From Macrostomum hystrix (Eukaryota > Animalia > Platyhelminthes), in contig CATNEN010000002.1 of NCBI GenBank assembly GCA_950097015.1, positions 7,626,001 through 7,690,000 on the forward strand: DNA of 64,000 nt. Reading direction: 5' to 3'. Position 1 is the first letter of the stretch. Every line of letters begins with the position of its first letter. The notes beneath the pieces are model-generated. The model was given only the letters and a program-made list of their open reading frames with translations. It was not told the DNA's origin and did no database searches. Positions 34,309-46,165 of this stretch are shown piece after piece. The translations under genes were made by a program, and so were the position numbers.

Positions 34309-36184
34309 TCACGAGGCCTGCGGCAACCCGCAGTCGTGCGGCTCGGCCGGGCAGCACAGGCTGGGCCCGGGCCCGGAGTCCCACATGCCGCGCGGAGCTC
34401 CTCGGCAAAGCGGCGCCAGCCGGCAGGGCACGCGCAGCAGGCGCCGGAACTGGCGCAAAAGGTGGCGCGCCCGGCGCAGAAGCTGGTCGGAGTCGAAGGC
34501 GCCGGACAGCTGGGCGAAATAGGCAGCAGCTTCGGCTGGCGGCAGGCGCTTCTCCAGACAGAAATCGCCGTAAAGATCGATGAGGCCGAGACAGAGGAAC
34601 AGGTGGAAACTGGCCGTGGCGTACCTGCGACCAACCGGATGATTGACACTGATTTTCCCCATGTCAACTTGATCAATCAAAAAATCAATAAAGCAGCAGC
34701 GCAACCATGTCTCACCTGCTAAAGCAAGTCTCCCAGATGGCCAGCGCCTCTTCAAACGGAAATTCCCAGCGGAAGCAGCCGGCAATCCAGCGCCTGGTGA
34801 AGTTCAAGTCGGCCTTTTGGCCGTAGACAGCGTGGAAGGCCGGCTTTAGCAGGCGCAGCAGCTCGAGCAGGCAGTCCAAGTCTGAGTCGATGTCTTGGTT
34901 GCTACGCAGCAGAAAGCCATCCGACACCAGCAAGCGAAAGCAGCAGAATGATTCTACATCATCGTCGAGTACCTGGAGCAGTGTGCTGAGCAGACTGGGC
35001 GTGCCGGGATCGAATGAACCACTGGCGTGCGTCCAGTCGATCAGCAGCTCTCGCAGACGGTCGGGCTCTGGCAAGCCGGTCAGGTCGCATTGAGCAGCCT
35101 GAGCCAAGGCCTCATTGTTGGAGCTCGCATTGGCGATGGCGCAGCGCCTGGAGTGCCTCAGCCGGGTGAGCTCAGCCTCGGCATCCAGGTACACCTGGTA
35201 CCGCTGCTCCGTGGAGCTCTCGAACGGGTACAGGCCGATCAGCAGTGGCCAGACCTGGCGACGAACGCTCGCATCAACGCCGGCAAGGTAGACGGTCCGC
35301 TTGAACTGGATCGGATCTTCCACGAAGCCTTCGATGCTGACAAGATCTTCAAAGCTGGCCGTAGTCAGTCTGGGGGGCCGGCCGATGCTCTCCGGATCTC
35401 CGCTGCTGCCAAGTGCCGGCTGCTGCTGCTGCTGAAGAGCCGGGTCACGATGGCTAAACTCCAGAATGCTAAAGTCCGCCCGCTGCTGCTTACGAACATG
35501 AAACTCGACGTAAGGCGAGCGGGGCCGCCGACGACATCGAAAGGCGTCCGGCTGCTCCGCCAGCAGGTGCTCCAGCGCCTCCGTGCCACCGCCGTGGTAG
35601 TGAAAAATCTTCAGCTGCGACTCGGCGCTGCGGACAATCACGTGACCTGGGCAGAGCAGCACGCAGCAGGCCTGCATCAGGTTGCACAGGAACACCCCAG
35701 GCGGCGCAGAGGGCCCGGGCAGTCGGGGCGGAGCCGAGCAGATTGTGGCGTCCGATGCGTCCGAGGCTGCGGCGGCGGACACGGTGGACTCGGCGCTCAT
35801 CTGGCGGGACAGTTTAACGTTGGGCGTCCATTTGAGCAGAAACTCCGCCTGGCCAGCCGGGCGCACCTTGCTGATGATGCACAGGTAGCCCAGGTGGTGA
35901 GCAGTGTCGGCCGCGGCTCCGGACTGCTCAACATGGACGCAGACATTATTGCGGGAGTAGATTATTTCGCCGTCTAGGAAAGGCGACTGGGAGGATCGGA
36001 GTTGGGGGGAGTCGGTCGGGCCGCCCCGCACAGGCAGCAAGAGGAGGGCAGCGGCCCGATCGCGCACAGCCGAGCAGAGGCTCGCCAGGGACTGCTGATA
36101 GTCTGGTGGCAGGCTGTTGCTCCACTTGCGCCACGTGACGCCAAAGCCGCGGCCGCTGCTGCCGCCGCTTTCACTGCTGGTCAT
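34309..36184 (-). CDS. TBC1D16: TBC1 domain family member 16-like (~594 aa, 2 coding exons), predicted catalytically degenerate
   Basis: Exons 36184-34716 (AG|gtgag) and 34624-34309 (cgcag|G), phase 2. IIYSRNNVCVH, HLGYLC, ESQLKIFHYHGGG, VRRQVWPLL, CFRWEFPFEEALAIWE, FHLFLC...PC.L..LC...GMWDSG all match TBC1D16. An acceptor at ~36242 allows for an upstream exon. Confidence 0.85.
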
Positions 36185-39100
36185 AATTGCTGCCGGCTGC
36201 TGCTGCTGGCACTGCTGAAAGTCTCCGTCAACAATGCCGCGCTGCAATATAATAGGTTAAGCACTAAATAACAAACAATTCGACCAAACAGACAGCTGCA
36301 AAAGCAACCCCCTTAGGACTGACTTTACAAAGCCAGGCGCGCCACAGTAGTTTTAAGGTGTTAAGTATGCCAAACAAAAATTTACACAAAACTTCACAAA
36401 AAAACATATTTAATTATCCTTCTTTGAATTTCTTTTCTAAAGGCTTTTAATATACCTTTTCTTTAACATTAGCCATTTGCATTATGAACATTTATTTTTT
36501 CCTTTCTTTACAATAGTTACTTTTTGATATACTTTAAATACTTTACTTTTTAATTTTTTATATGTATGGATGCACAATATAAAATAGAAAAGTATTATGT
36601 ATATATATATATATATATACTAAAAAAATAGTAACAAATATTCTATGCAGCATAAAAAATATAATTTTTTAAAGGAAGTAAACAGCTGCACTTTTTACAC
36701 ATCTAAAGTTTTTATAAGAAATAAAGGACAGCAACTAAAACTATTTTCAGGTTTAAAGTCAATCTTAAAATTTGCAGTTTTAAGTAAGAAGCACATCAAC
36801 TAAAAGAAAAATAATTATAGTTATGCCTACTATATGTGAGCTAATATTAAATACAGAATAATATAATAATATCAGTAGGCACTGTTAGTGACACATTTTT
36901 AAGTATTGACCAGCAACTAGCAGCTACAAGTAATGAGCAAGTCCACTGAGTCATAAAAAATTGTGCACAATAGAGATGTAGGCCTGTCCAATAATATTGA
37001 TACCTACTCAATCTTTGGTAGGCCTATAAAATATATTCTAGTTATTTATAGCTGTCACTGTCAGGTGCAATTGAAATTTTGATTCTTAAATGTCAGGACT
37101 CAGGAGCAGATTTCAGCTTAAAAAAGTAACTTTCATATAACATCTGTAAATACTATTGCTCTACTAGCTAACCTATATGATTCCTAGCTAACTGCATGTT
37201 AGTCATAGTCATTAGTCATATGGGCTTATAGCTAGATATTAACCTTAAATCATATTTTATATCTATAAAAATGCATATCATATATGGAGATCAACTACTA
37301 ACATTAAAATTTTTATGTCTGAACATAGTAATTGAAAAGTATAGACAATGATAGCTAGACATAAAAACTTCAAAATTTTCTATATTTACCCTAGAGTATT
37401 GAATTGCAAGTATTGTGTAAAACTATCTAGTCAAGATTTGAGTACTGTACATTTTGACAAATGTGCATGTCTAGTCTATATGCATATAGGCCTATACATG
37501 TATATAGACTAGTAGGGCCTATACATTTCAAACTATGTACCATAAAGATTTACATTTTTAGATTGATCATAACTGACACTCATGCATGAGTGCTTTTTTA
37601 CTTAATGCACATTTTAATTGATGACTTCCTATAAATAAAATTCTCTGTACTTAAGGCAAGAAGTTAGCTGAATCAAATATACCATGCTGGAGAAAACAAA
37701 AGCAAGTAGCTAGAAGCTAGGTACCAATTAAAAAAAGAAATGTCTTTAAGTAAATAAAAGCAGTAGGTTTTTATACAGACAGGCTAGGTGAAAGATTATA
37801 GAAAAGCCTAGATCCAATCCAATAAGAATTTAAGGAAGCCTGCTTCTGGAGCCAGCCTGAGTAAGGCGATTCAATTCGTTCGAGCAACATCAGTAGCACT
37901 AGACAATCAATTGGCCTAGTAGGACTAGTAGATGAGGGTGAAGTTCAAGTGCACTAAAACCTTCAATTTAAAGGCGTAATACTACGACGCCGACAGCTTC
38001 CATTTTTCCCAATAATAGGGCATATCAATATGCATGTCTCGCGTTGCCTCACGTTGTATGTCGCACTTCGGTGATTCTACAAGAAAGCAAAAGTAAGATG
38101 TTCCATATTCTCGGAATATTATAATGTGAAATAAAAAATAAGTCACATTATACCAACGCATAGTGTTTAAGTTAAATATGTAAGGACTTAACGATTCGGG
38201 CGAAGCCGCGACAGAATAAGCGATTTAATCTCAACTCAACCTGTGTGATGGCTCGCTCACATCGAGCAAAATTCACAAATTTTATAAAGAATTTAAAGTA
38301 TTCAAGCGATTCCAATTGGCTACAAATTTTGCAGTAAAGAATACTGATTTAAAAAAACAACACACGTTTTAAAGTATATTCAAATAGGCCAGTCATATTT
38401 ATATATTTTTAGTGATTTCTGCGCTAGCTTTATTAAAAAAACTTTTTGTTTATTATGTTATTCATAACGGCTTTAGGACGAAGTGCAAGTTAAGAATAGA
38501 CTTTGAGGACCGCAATCCAGGGATTAGTGAAAGCGTACACTAACTCTGAGTGTATATCCCTGTGTGAATGAATGCAAGTGTGTATGCACGTTCATTGGAA
38601 CCAGTAGAATGCCTCTCGCTCGCTGCGCGTCTAATCATTGTCACAAATATTGTGCATGTGCTCACGGCCCTCCGGCTTGCTAATTACGTATTAAATAGTT
38701 TATTACGTATTATATTTTATACTATATGTATTATATATTGATAGGAATAGCTAGGCTTTAGCGAGAAGGCCGTCCAGTAATAACGAATAAAGAGAAATTC
38801 ACAATAAAAACGATACTGGCATCCAAGGCCGCTTTCAATGAGTCAGAGTCAATTCAAAAGCGCATCTATTGTACGATCCTATTGTAGTAAATTTCTGTAT
38901 TTGTAGCCTAAAATTTAGCCAGAACTTGTTTTAGCCAGTTATCTACGGGAAATTTTCTGTTACAGTACGCAGAATATCCGACAACTCCTGCAAAGGCGGA
39001 ATTCTAAATTGTTGCCAATTAAGTCCATACGGCTGAATAGCAAGAATTAGAGCCGTCAGTTCGTACCCGTGCCAATGTCGCAAATCGATAGGTAAGCAGT

Positions 39101-39329
39101 GTAAAATTTACAAAAAGTACATACTGTATAAGCTTAAAGATGTGCATTAAGATTTGCTTAGCATCGTTGGAAATTAGGGTATTTGAATGAATTGACTGGG
39201 TCTAGAGGACTAGACTCAACTACGGACTAGAGGAGCATGTAAAGTAGCTGAGTGTTGCTCAATGTCGAGGCTTGATCAGCGAAAGTAGAGAAATTCGCTT
39301 TAGGGACTCCATAGTCGGCTGGTGCCACT

Positions 39330-39694
39330 TGTTGAAGGTCCAGCAGCTTCGTCTAGATAAAGGTCGGTGACCGCCGAAGTCGGAGATGATGCAAGCACAT
39401 TCGGGTGACGTGCTGATAAAGTTTGAAGGTCTGGAAAGGCCGCACTGAGGCGCAGTGCAAATTCGTGTATAGGGGTGTATGAAATACACCTAGCTCTTAT
39501 GCGAAAATCAGACCTTCGGCCAGAAACATTGAATATCTCGATGGTCTGAAGAGCTGGCGACTTGTTTCTTGCTTCAGAAGATGCGCAACAAAAATTTGGC
39601 CCGTGTTCTTGAGTTTCGTGTGCTTGCATTGTTCCGTTCGGGTGCAGCAAAAAAAATTGTCAGGGGGGAAATCTCCCCTTGGTAGTTCTACTAG
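39330..39694 (+). mobile_element. Dispersed repeat family C, copy 2 (longest)
   Basis: Matches 23195-23510. Its 3' part gtgttcttgagtttcgtgtgcttgc...ggggggaaatctccccttggtagttctact matches 50748-50840. Confidence 0.8.
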
Positions 39695-39719
39695 CTGTTA
39701 ATCAAGAGTCAAAGGACAC

Positions 39720-42480
39720 GTGAGAGACAATCTAAATTTTTTGCTTCCAATGCTAAAGTAGAGTTAGTAAAGCCAGAAGGTTATGAAGCAGTCGTTGTAG
39801 GAACCATTAAGAAGCAAGATGTTAATTTTATCTTGGACAAATTAGAAAAGTCCGATCAGATTAAAAGTACGAACAAGCGAATTTCCACCTTTGACGGAAC
39901 CCGAGTTCAGTTCGAAGGGGAAAGTTATCTCACTGTTAAATTTGGTGACATACAAGCCAAAATAGACTTTTTGCTATGCAGTCACGAGTGTGACAATATC
40001 CTTGGCATGGAGTTTTTCCTCGAGTGCTGTGATAGCATAAGCTTATCCCAGGGAATGCTTATTCTGAAAGAAGGCGGATCACGAATTCCAATGCAATTCA
40101 CCCATTTGCCAGTGAAAGTCTGTCGAGTATACACCCAGGAGAAGACCGTGATCCCAGCTAATAGTGCATTGCGAGTCCCAGTTAGACTAGCTAAGAATGC
40201 TGAGTGCAACCACGGAACTCCCATGACAGTAGAAACCATTGGAGAAGGAGTGAAGACTCAAGAGTCGATGTTTGTGATGATGCCAACTATGAGAGATGGC
40301 ACAGCCGTAGTGGAAATTGTGAATCACCTCCCAATAGACGTGAAACTGAGCAAGTCCACTTTACTAGGATTGGCTAAGCCAGTGAAAGCCAGTGACTTAG
40401 CCTATTTTAAACCGGTCAGTCAAGCCGAACCTGCATCAGCCAGAAAAGTCAACCAGACCCAAACCGTGGAAGATGCCTGGATTGAGGAGATCAGAAATGG
40501 GTCAGAACTCTCCAGTGAGCAGAAACAGTCGGTTATCGAATTGATTAAACAGCATCGAAATGCCTTTTCACAGAACGATCTAGACAAGGGATTGACCCAC
40601 CTCATTACCCATGAGATATCTTTGAATGACGAAACACCTGTAAGATTTCCGACCAGACGAATTCCACCTCATTTACAAAAACAAGTCGACACGCAACTAG
40701 ACGATATGTTAGCTAAGAATCTAACCAGACCATGTTATTCTACTTATAGAACACCGTTAGTGATTGTTCCAAAGAAGGATTGTTCCATAAGGACAGTTAG
40801 TGATTTCCGAGTAGTGAATTCTAAAGTCAATTATGTACCTTACCCATTACCTAATATCCATCAGACGTTCTCTTATCTAACAGGAAGCCAATACTTCAGT
40901 AGTCTAGATTTAAATTCCGGTTATTGGCAAGTGCCCGTAAAAGAAGAGCATAAGCACATGACAGCTTTTTCCACCCTGACAAGAGGCCAATTTCAATATG
41001 AGGTAATGGCTCAAGGCATATCGAATGCTCCCGGAACGTTCCAAAGACTAATGAACCTCGTACTTTTAGGAATCCAACATCAATTCGCAATGTCGTATAT
41101 TGATGACATTGTCACTTATTCCAAGAACTTTAATGACCATCTGGTCCATCTAAAGGGAAGCATTTCAACGGTTAATCACCGCAGGTTTGAAGCTTAGAGC
41201 GAAGAAATGCAATTTATTTCATAAGGAATTAAAATACTTAGGCCATATTATAGGCACAGAAGGCATCCGTACCGATGAAGATAAAATCGAAGCAATTAAG
41301 ACATGGCCAAAGCCAAAAGACGCCAAAGAGTTTCGAAGTTTTCTAGGATTATGTAATTATTATAGTCGCTTTATTAAAACTATGCAGCCGCCCACCCATT
41401 ATTTCAACTGACTCGAAAGGGAGTCCAGAACTTTAAAGAAAAATGGAGTTTCTTGTCTCACTCTCACTCTCGTGTTTGCATGATCAGGCTTTCGAATCAC
41501 TTAAAACCCGCATGATGTCCACAGAAGTGCTAGCCTACCACGAATTTATCGATGATGAGAGTGGGAAACTGGTGTTGGACACAGACGCTAGTGATAATAG
41601 AATCGGTGCAGTCTTAAGTCAAATTCAGTCCGATGGTGTAGAACGACCGTTGTAGAACAACTGATCCCAATATTAAGATCCCGTCTACAGTCTCAGGATT
41701 AGAGAAGGAAAGAATTCAGGCAGGACCTCAGGATGCCAGCGTAATGCTATATTGAACCCGGTCGCTAAAGAATTCAATCCCCCACAGTTGAATGAGACAC
41801 TTCAAGATATCAATGGCAAGTGCGAAAAACTACTAACACATTATCCACCCATGCCCCTGAAGCGCGAACAATTAATTAAAGCTCAGCAGGAAGATCCTGC
41901 GATTTGCACCCTCATTGATTGGAAGAAAAAGTTAAGCTACCTCCCCAGATAACAGATCATTCCAGCAGTGAGATAAGGCAGATGAGCAAAGCCTATGAGA
42001 AAATATCGATTGAGAATGACATGCTGATAATTCAGGAAGAAGAGATTGGAAAATTGTTTTACCCAAGGCCCTCGATCAAGTAATATTTACCGACTTACAC
42101 GAAAGCCCATTGTCTGGACATCTAGGACGAGATAAGACTGTGCTGAAAGTCAAGCAGAGATTCTGGAGACCCGGTCTGGTTACAGTTATCGAAAAGCAGA
42201 TTGCAGAATTATTAATTGTCTTGAAAGCAAGCGAGGACACCGAATCCAGGCCCCAATTCAATCATTTCCTATATGCGAACCCTTCTATCGTCTCCACTGC
42301 GATTTGATCGGCCCAATATCAAAGGAAAGTCGGAGAGGGCACCGCTATGTACTTACAGTTATCGATAGTACTCCTACCACGAAGTGGCCTGTAAAATGTG
42401 AAGCCACCACCCGATATCACGCCCAAAGCAACGGCTTAGTGGAGAGGTTCAACCAAGGACTTCTATAAATAGCATCTGGA
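39720..42480 (+). pseudogene. Decayed Ty3/Gypsy pol (protease remnant-RT-RNase H-integrase)
   Basis: ILGMEFFL protease tail; RT motifs LVIVPKKDCSIR, FSSLDLNSGYWQV, TAFST, GISNAPGTFQRLM, YIDD; LKYLGH; RNase H LDTDAS..IGAVLSQ; integrase H-H region SGHLGRDKT..K.RFWRPG and HAQSNGLVERFNQ. Frameshifts and stops throughout. Confidence 0.92.
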
Positions 42481-43014
42481 CTGGAAGCTCCCCAACCCCC
42501 CTTACCCTGGAGGCCGCTCCATATTATGCTTTTCTTTTGCTTTTCTCTCATTTCTGGCTCTCTGAAACCCATATTGAACGGACGTCACAACCTGCGCTGA
42601 CACTGACAAGTGATTTAATAGCATTAGCATTTAACAAAACATTTATTTCATTCCAAACAATAGCTATAATTACACAAAATTTGCACTTCAAAAAGAATAA
42701 AATACGTAAAAAGTAATGAATTACTTTTTGCTTTTAAATTACTTTAAAAGTAAATTACTAAATTACTTTAGCATGATTGCTTTTTATCATGAAAAAGCAA
42801 GACATGATAACGGCTTCTAAAAAATCACGCAAATAAAAACGACGATTCGTGCTAAGTTTAAAATGATTGATTAGTCAAAATTCATGGCAGCAAACGAAAT
42901 TGTCACTTAATTGTCTTGTTCATTTTGGACTTATCGCACCAGTCAGCTTTGCCACTTTTCTCTTCCTTCGGCCAGCGCCTCCATCCGTAGACAAATCCTT
43001 CACCAGATTCTTCA

Positions 43015-43800
43015 TCAGACAGTTAAAAAAGACTTCTGAACTGCGAGCTTAATGTCATGTCCTTCAGTGCAGGAGGTCGAACACATGATTGAAGAATATA
43101 GTTCATCATCCATCAACTCGTCAAATAAGTGGCACAGCAGCTGTAACTGATCAGATCTGCTCAGTAGCATCTTTCGAAGCCCCTCTCGCTGCCGAACCTC
43201 TTCGAATATCTGCCAACAGTGCTTCGCAATACAGAAAGTGACCTCAGTCGGCTTGTACAGACCTCCACGATTGATTTCATCCAGAAATCCTGCAGCAGCC
43301 GGGTGCAACCAGTCCTCCGACTCTAAAGGCAACAATTCATCGCAGCACAGAAGAATCTCTCGACTAGACTCGCATCGGCGCTTCCCGAGGACACTCCGGG
43401 CAACTGCTCCGCTAATGTAGTAGATAATTGTGCAGTCCGAGCTTTCCGGTTGCACTTCCATTTCCAAAATTGCGGCCATCTCTTTTGCAGATTCTTCTAG
43501 ACTGAGTGTACTTTCTGCATTTGGCTCAACTGCTTTGTCAATTTCGCTGAGCGAAAGGCGAGAAAATTTCAAAAGACTGATCGCTGCAATTTTTTTATTA
43601 CTGTCTAATAACTGACGAGCAGAGATAAAATAATTCGCTCCTGACATTTGTCTGAGCCAGCCAAACCTGCGCTCGATGCTGTCCGATTGCAGGGAGCCAA
43701 GAAGCACATATGAGAAACCCTCGTGACTTAGCAGGTGTCTAGCACAGGCTGCGATTGACAAGCAGGTTAGCCGGCAGGCAAGAAAAGTCTCATTGGACAA
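43015..43800 (-). mobile_element. P-element/THAP9-type DNA transposase, C-terminal fragment
   Basis: FSYVLLGSLQSDSIERRFGWLRQMSGANYFIS matches the conserved P-family catalytic E region. IIYYISGAVARS and INRGGLYKP are also typical. No N-terminal part or TIRs are seen. Confidence 0.75.
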
Positions 43801-43979
43801 TCCTGGTTCTCGCGTTGTCTCCCAGGCCTGCGAATATTTTTATGGACAATGAGTTCCTTTACTTTAGCATTTTTTCATTACTGATCGCAATTCTAGAAAA
43901 TTTCATCTCATATATTTTTTGTTACTCGTATTTGCATTGTAATATTTTTTTAATTTTAGGTCTCTCTTTGTGTTGAGAT

Positions 43980-44846
43980 TCCTAAACGAGGTCGGGTGTC
44001 CTACTCTTTGCTAGAGATTAAAAGAACTATTGCCTTAACTCGAAAATTACTAACAAAGACAAGACGATTCAAAAGTCCAAGCTAAACAGCTGATATTTTA
44101 GTGTTAATTAGCTAATAAGAGAAGGGCTATGACTGATTAATTGCCCTGGCAGCGGTCTGTCCGTCCACTGCCAGGTACTGTACTTAATTAAATTCAATAT
44201 TCAATTCACAATTCGCACTGTTAATTTACTTCACAAAATCTCAATAACCTCAACACAAGAACAACAATGCGAACTCTACTCGATAATAACGAAATCACGC
44301 TAACTCGATCTCAACTCGATAATGCTCTGGACGATAATAAGAACTCACGAAAATAACATGACGATTAACACAAAAAACTCCTGGACAAAAACCAGATAGT
44401 CCCAAAAACAAAACAAGACAAACAACGAGGCCCAATAACACGAAAACCTAACCCAAAGTCCTAGTCTGAAGCCGAGGCGACCAGCAAGCACTTCCGCACT
44501 ATGGCACAACGATAGTTCTATCGTGCCACACCAAATGTCAATTCGACGGCGTCCGACCGATGATTGTCGGCGATATGGAGAGTACATCTGTGCTTGCCAA
44601 TCCCTGTCTAACACTCCGTCAGCAGTTGGCCAGACGTGCCGAGCTCAGCTCAAGATACTTACTGATGTGGGATTGAGTGTGGGGTTTTCTCCAACTAGCT
44701 GGTTGGACCGGTTACCTGTCCCGGTATCTATTACTATGCAACGACAGATAGAAGGCAAAACAACACGGAAAAGAAAAGGAAGATAGCGCCGGTCGCGTGC
44801 GTAGGCCTTGCTGGGGCGCGCATGCACTAACAACTAACCTATAACA
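43980..44846 (-). mobile_element. Putative LTR (44846-44536, TGTTA...TGACA) followed by a PBS and T-rich leader of an LTR retrotransposon
   Basis: Minus strand: tgttatagg...gaattgaca|tttggtgtggcacgatag. An ~75-bp internal piece recurs at 50345-50425. No gag or pol follows. Confidence 0.5.
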
Positions 44847-45195
44847 TACATTATAATAATTCATTAGTATTGACGTGCGCGAATAAGTTACTTCAAGTAG
44901 AAATATATGCATTAGATAATAGAAATGCCGACACTACAGCATCATCAACGAACGAACGATTCTCACTCTCATTTTGCTGACTGTGAGTAAATACATGTTG
45001 TCACTAAAACTTAGATTTTTTAAAGGTCTATGTCTTAGGCAGCTCCCTAGAGAAAGTTGTCTAGGGCTAAAACCCCGCCGTACGGGTTGCGGGTCCGAAT
45101 AAAACTGCGGCCGAGCCGCAGCCCAAGTGGCCCCTCCCCCCCACATTCTAATCGGATTCTCAAACAATTCTCAAGCTACAAATTTAGCAACAAAG

Positions 45196-46158
45196 ATGGC
45201 TAATTGCTTTCGAGGCATCATCAACGCGCTGGCCAGAAGGTGGAGTCGACGAAAGACAAAAGCTCTGGAAGTGCAAGTGCCGTTGGGACCGCAGCGATTG
45301 GATTACGAAGCCAATGAGCGTGCCATTAGGGAGCTTTACATGCGCAGTGTGCATGCGGAAAGTATCATCACCGAGCAAGCGAAGCAGTCGACTGCCAGGG
45401 TCCAAGAATTGATTGCTGCGGAGATAAAGAAGATCGCGATGGCGTGTGCGAGATCCAGCGCAACAGCAGGGACAGATGAAACATCTAGAGCGCGCCGAGT
45501 GTTTTGGAAGCTGAAGTTGACCTTGCCAAAAGATCAGGCGGGTATCAGCACAATGGTCTGGCAGGATGAAGACGAGCTGGCGACTAACAAAGAGCCTGAA
45601 GCGAAGACGCCAATTGAGCGGCTGAAAGTTTCTGATCGCGCTGAGAAGCCAGACATTGATGCTTTACGATGCAGACAGGTTCCAGAAAACCTGTACAACT
45701 ACAGACCCGTAGTGCAGACTGTGGATTCGAAACGGCTCCAGCAAACACTTGTCGTCGAGATTAGAAAATTGAAAACAAAGCTAGCCAGGTCGAAAGCGAG
45801 ACCCAGGGCGAAGGCCAGAGCAAGAGGACGCCAACAGGCTTGGAAGCTGGCGTCTTTAAAGGAGGAACCGGATGATGCCGCGAAGAGCGAAGTGTCCAGT
45901 GCGAAGCCAGTCTGCTCGGGGCCAGATTGCATCTTCAAATCCATTCATGAACAACCAGACAAAGAGTTGCTTGCAAGAGCAGCAGCAAAGCCTAGAGTAT
46001 GGTTTAGAGTCCGATCGAAGCCTGAGGTTGGCTGCCGACTGGAATCTATTTCCGAAGAGCCCGAGATCTTGGCGGAGAGGCAGCTTGAAGCGGAGAACGC
46101 CTTATTTTTCGTGCTTCCTCCGGATTTTTTCGTTCGAGAGAAAGATCGCCTTGATTAG
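45196..46158 (+). CDS. Orphan intronless ORF, 320 aa, basic/charged, no recognised domain
   Basis: Open for 1032 nt from 45127, with ATG at 45196. Not repeat-derived. Lies inside a TE-rich zone. Confidence 0.45.
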   Translation: MANCFRGIINALARRWSRRKTKALEVQVPLGPQRLDYEANERAIRELYMRSVHAESIITEQAKQSTARVQELIAAEIKKIAMACARSSATAGTDETSRARRVFWKLKLTLPKDQAGISTMVWQDEDELATNKEPEAKTPIERLKVSDRAEKPDIDALRCRQVPENLYNYRPVVQTVDSKRLQQTLVVEIRKLKTKLARSKARPRAKARARGRQQAWKLASLKEEPDDAAKSEVSSAKPVCSGPDCIFKSIHEQPDKELLARAAAKPRVWFRVRSKPEVGCRLESISEEPEILAERQLEAENALFFVLPPDFFVREKDRLD

Positions 46159-46165
46159 GCTTCGA

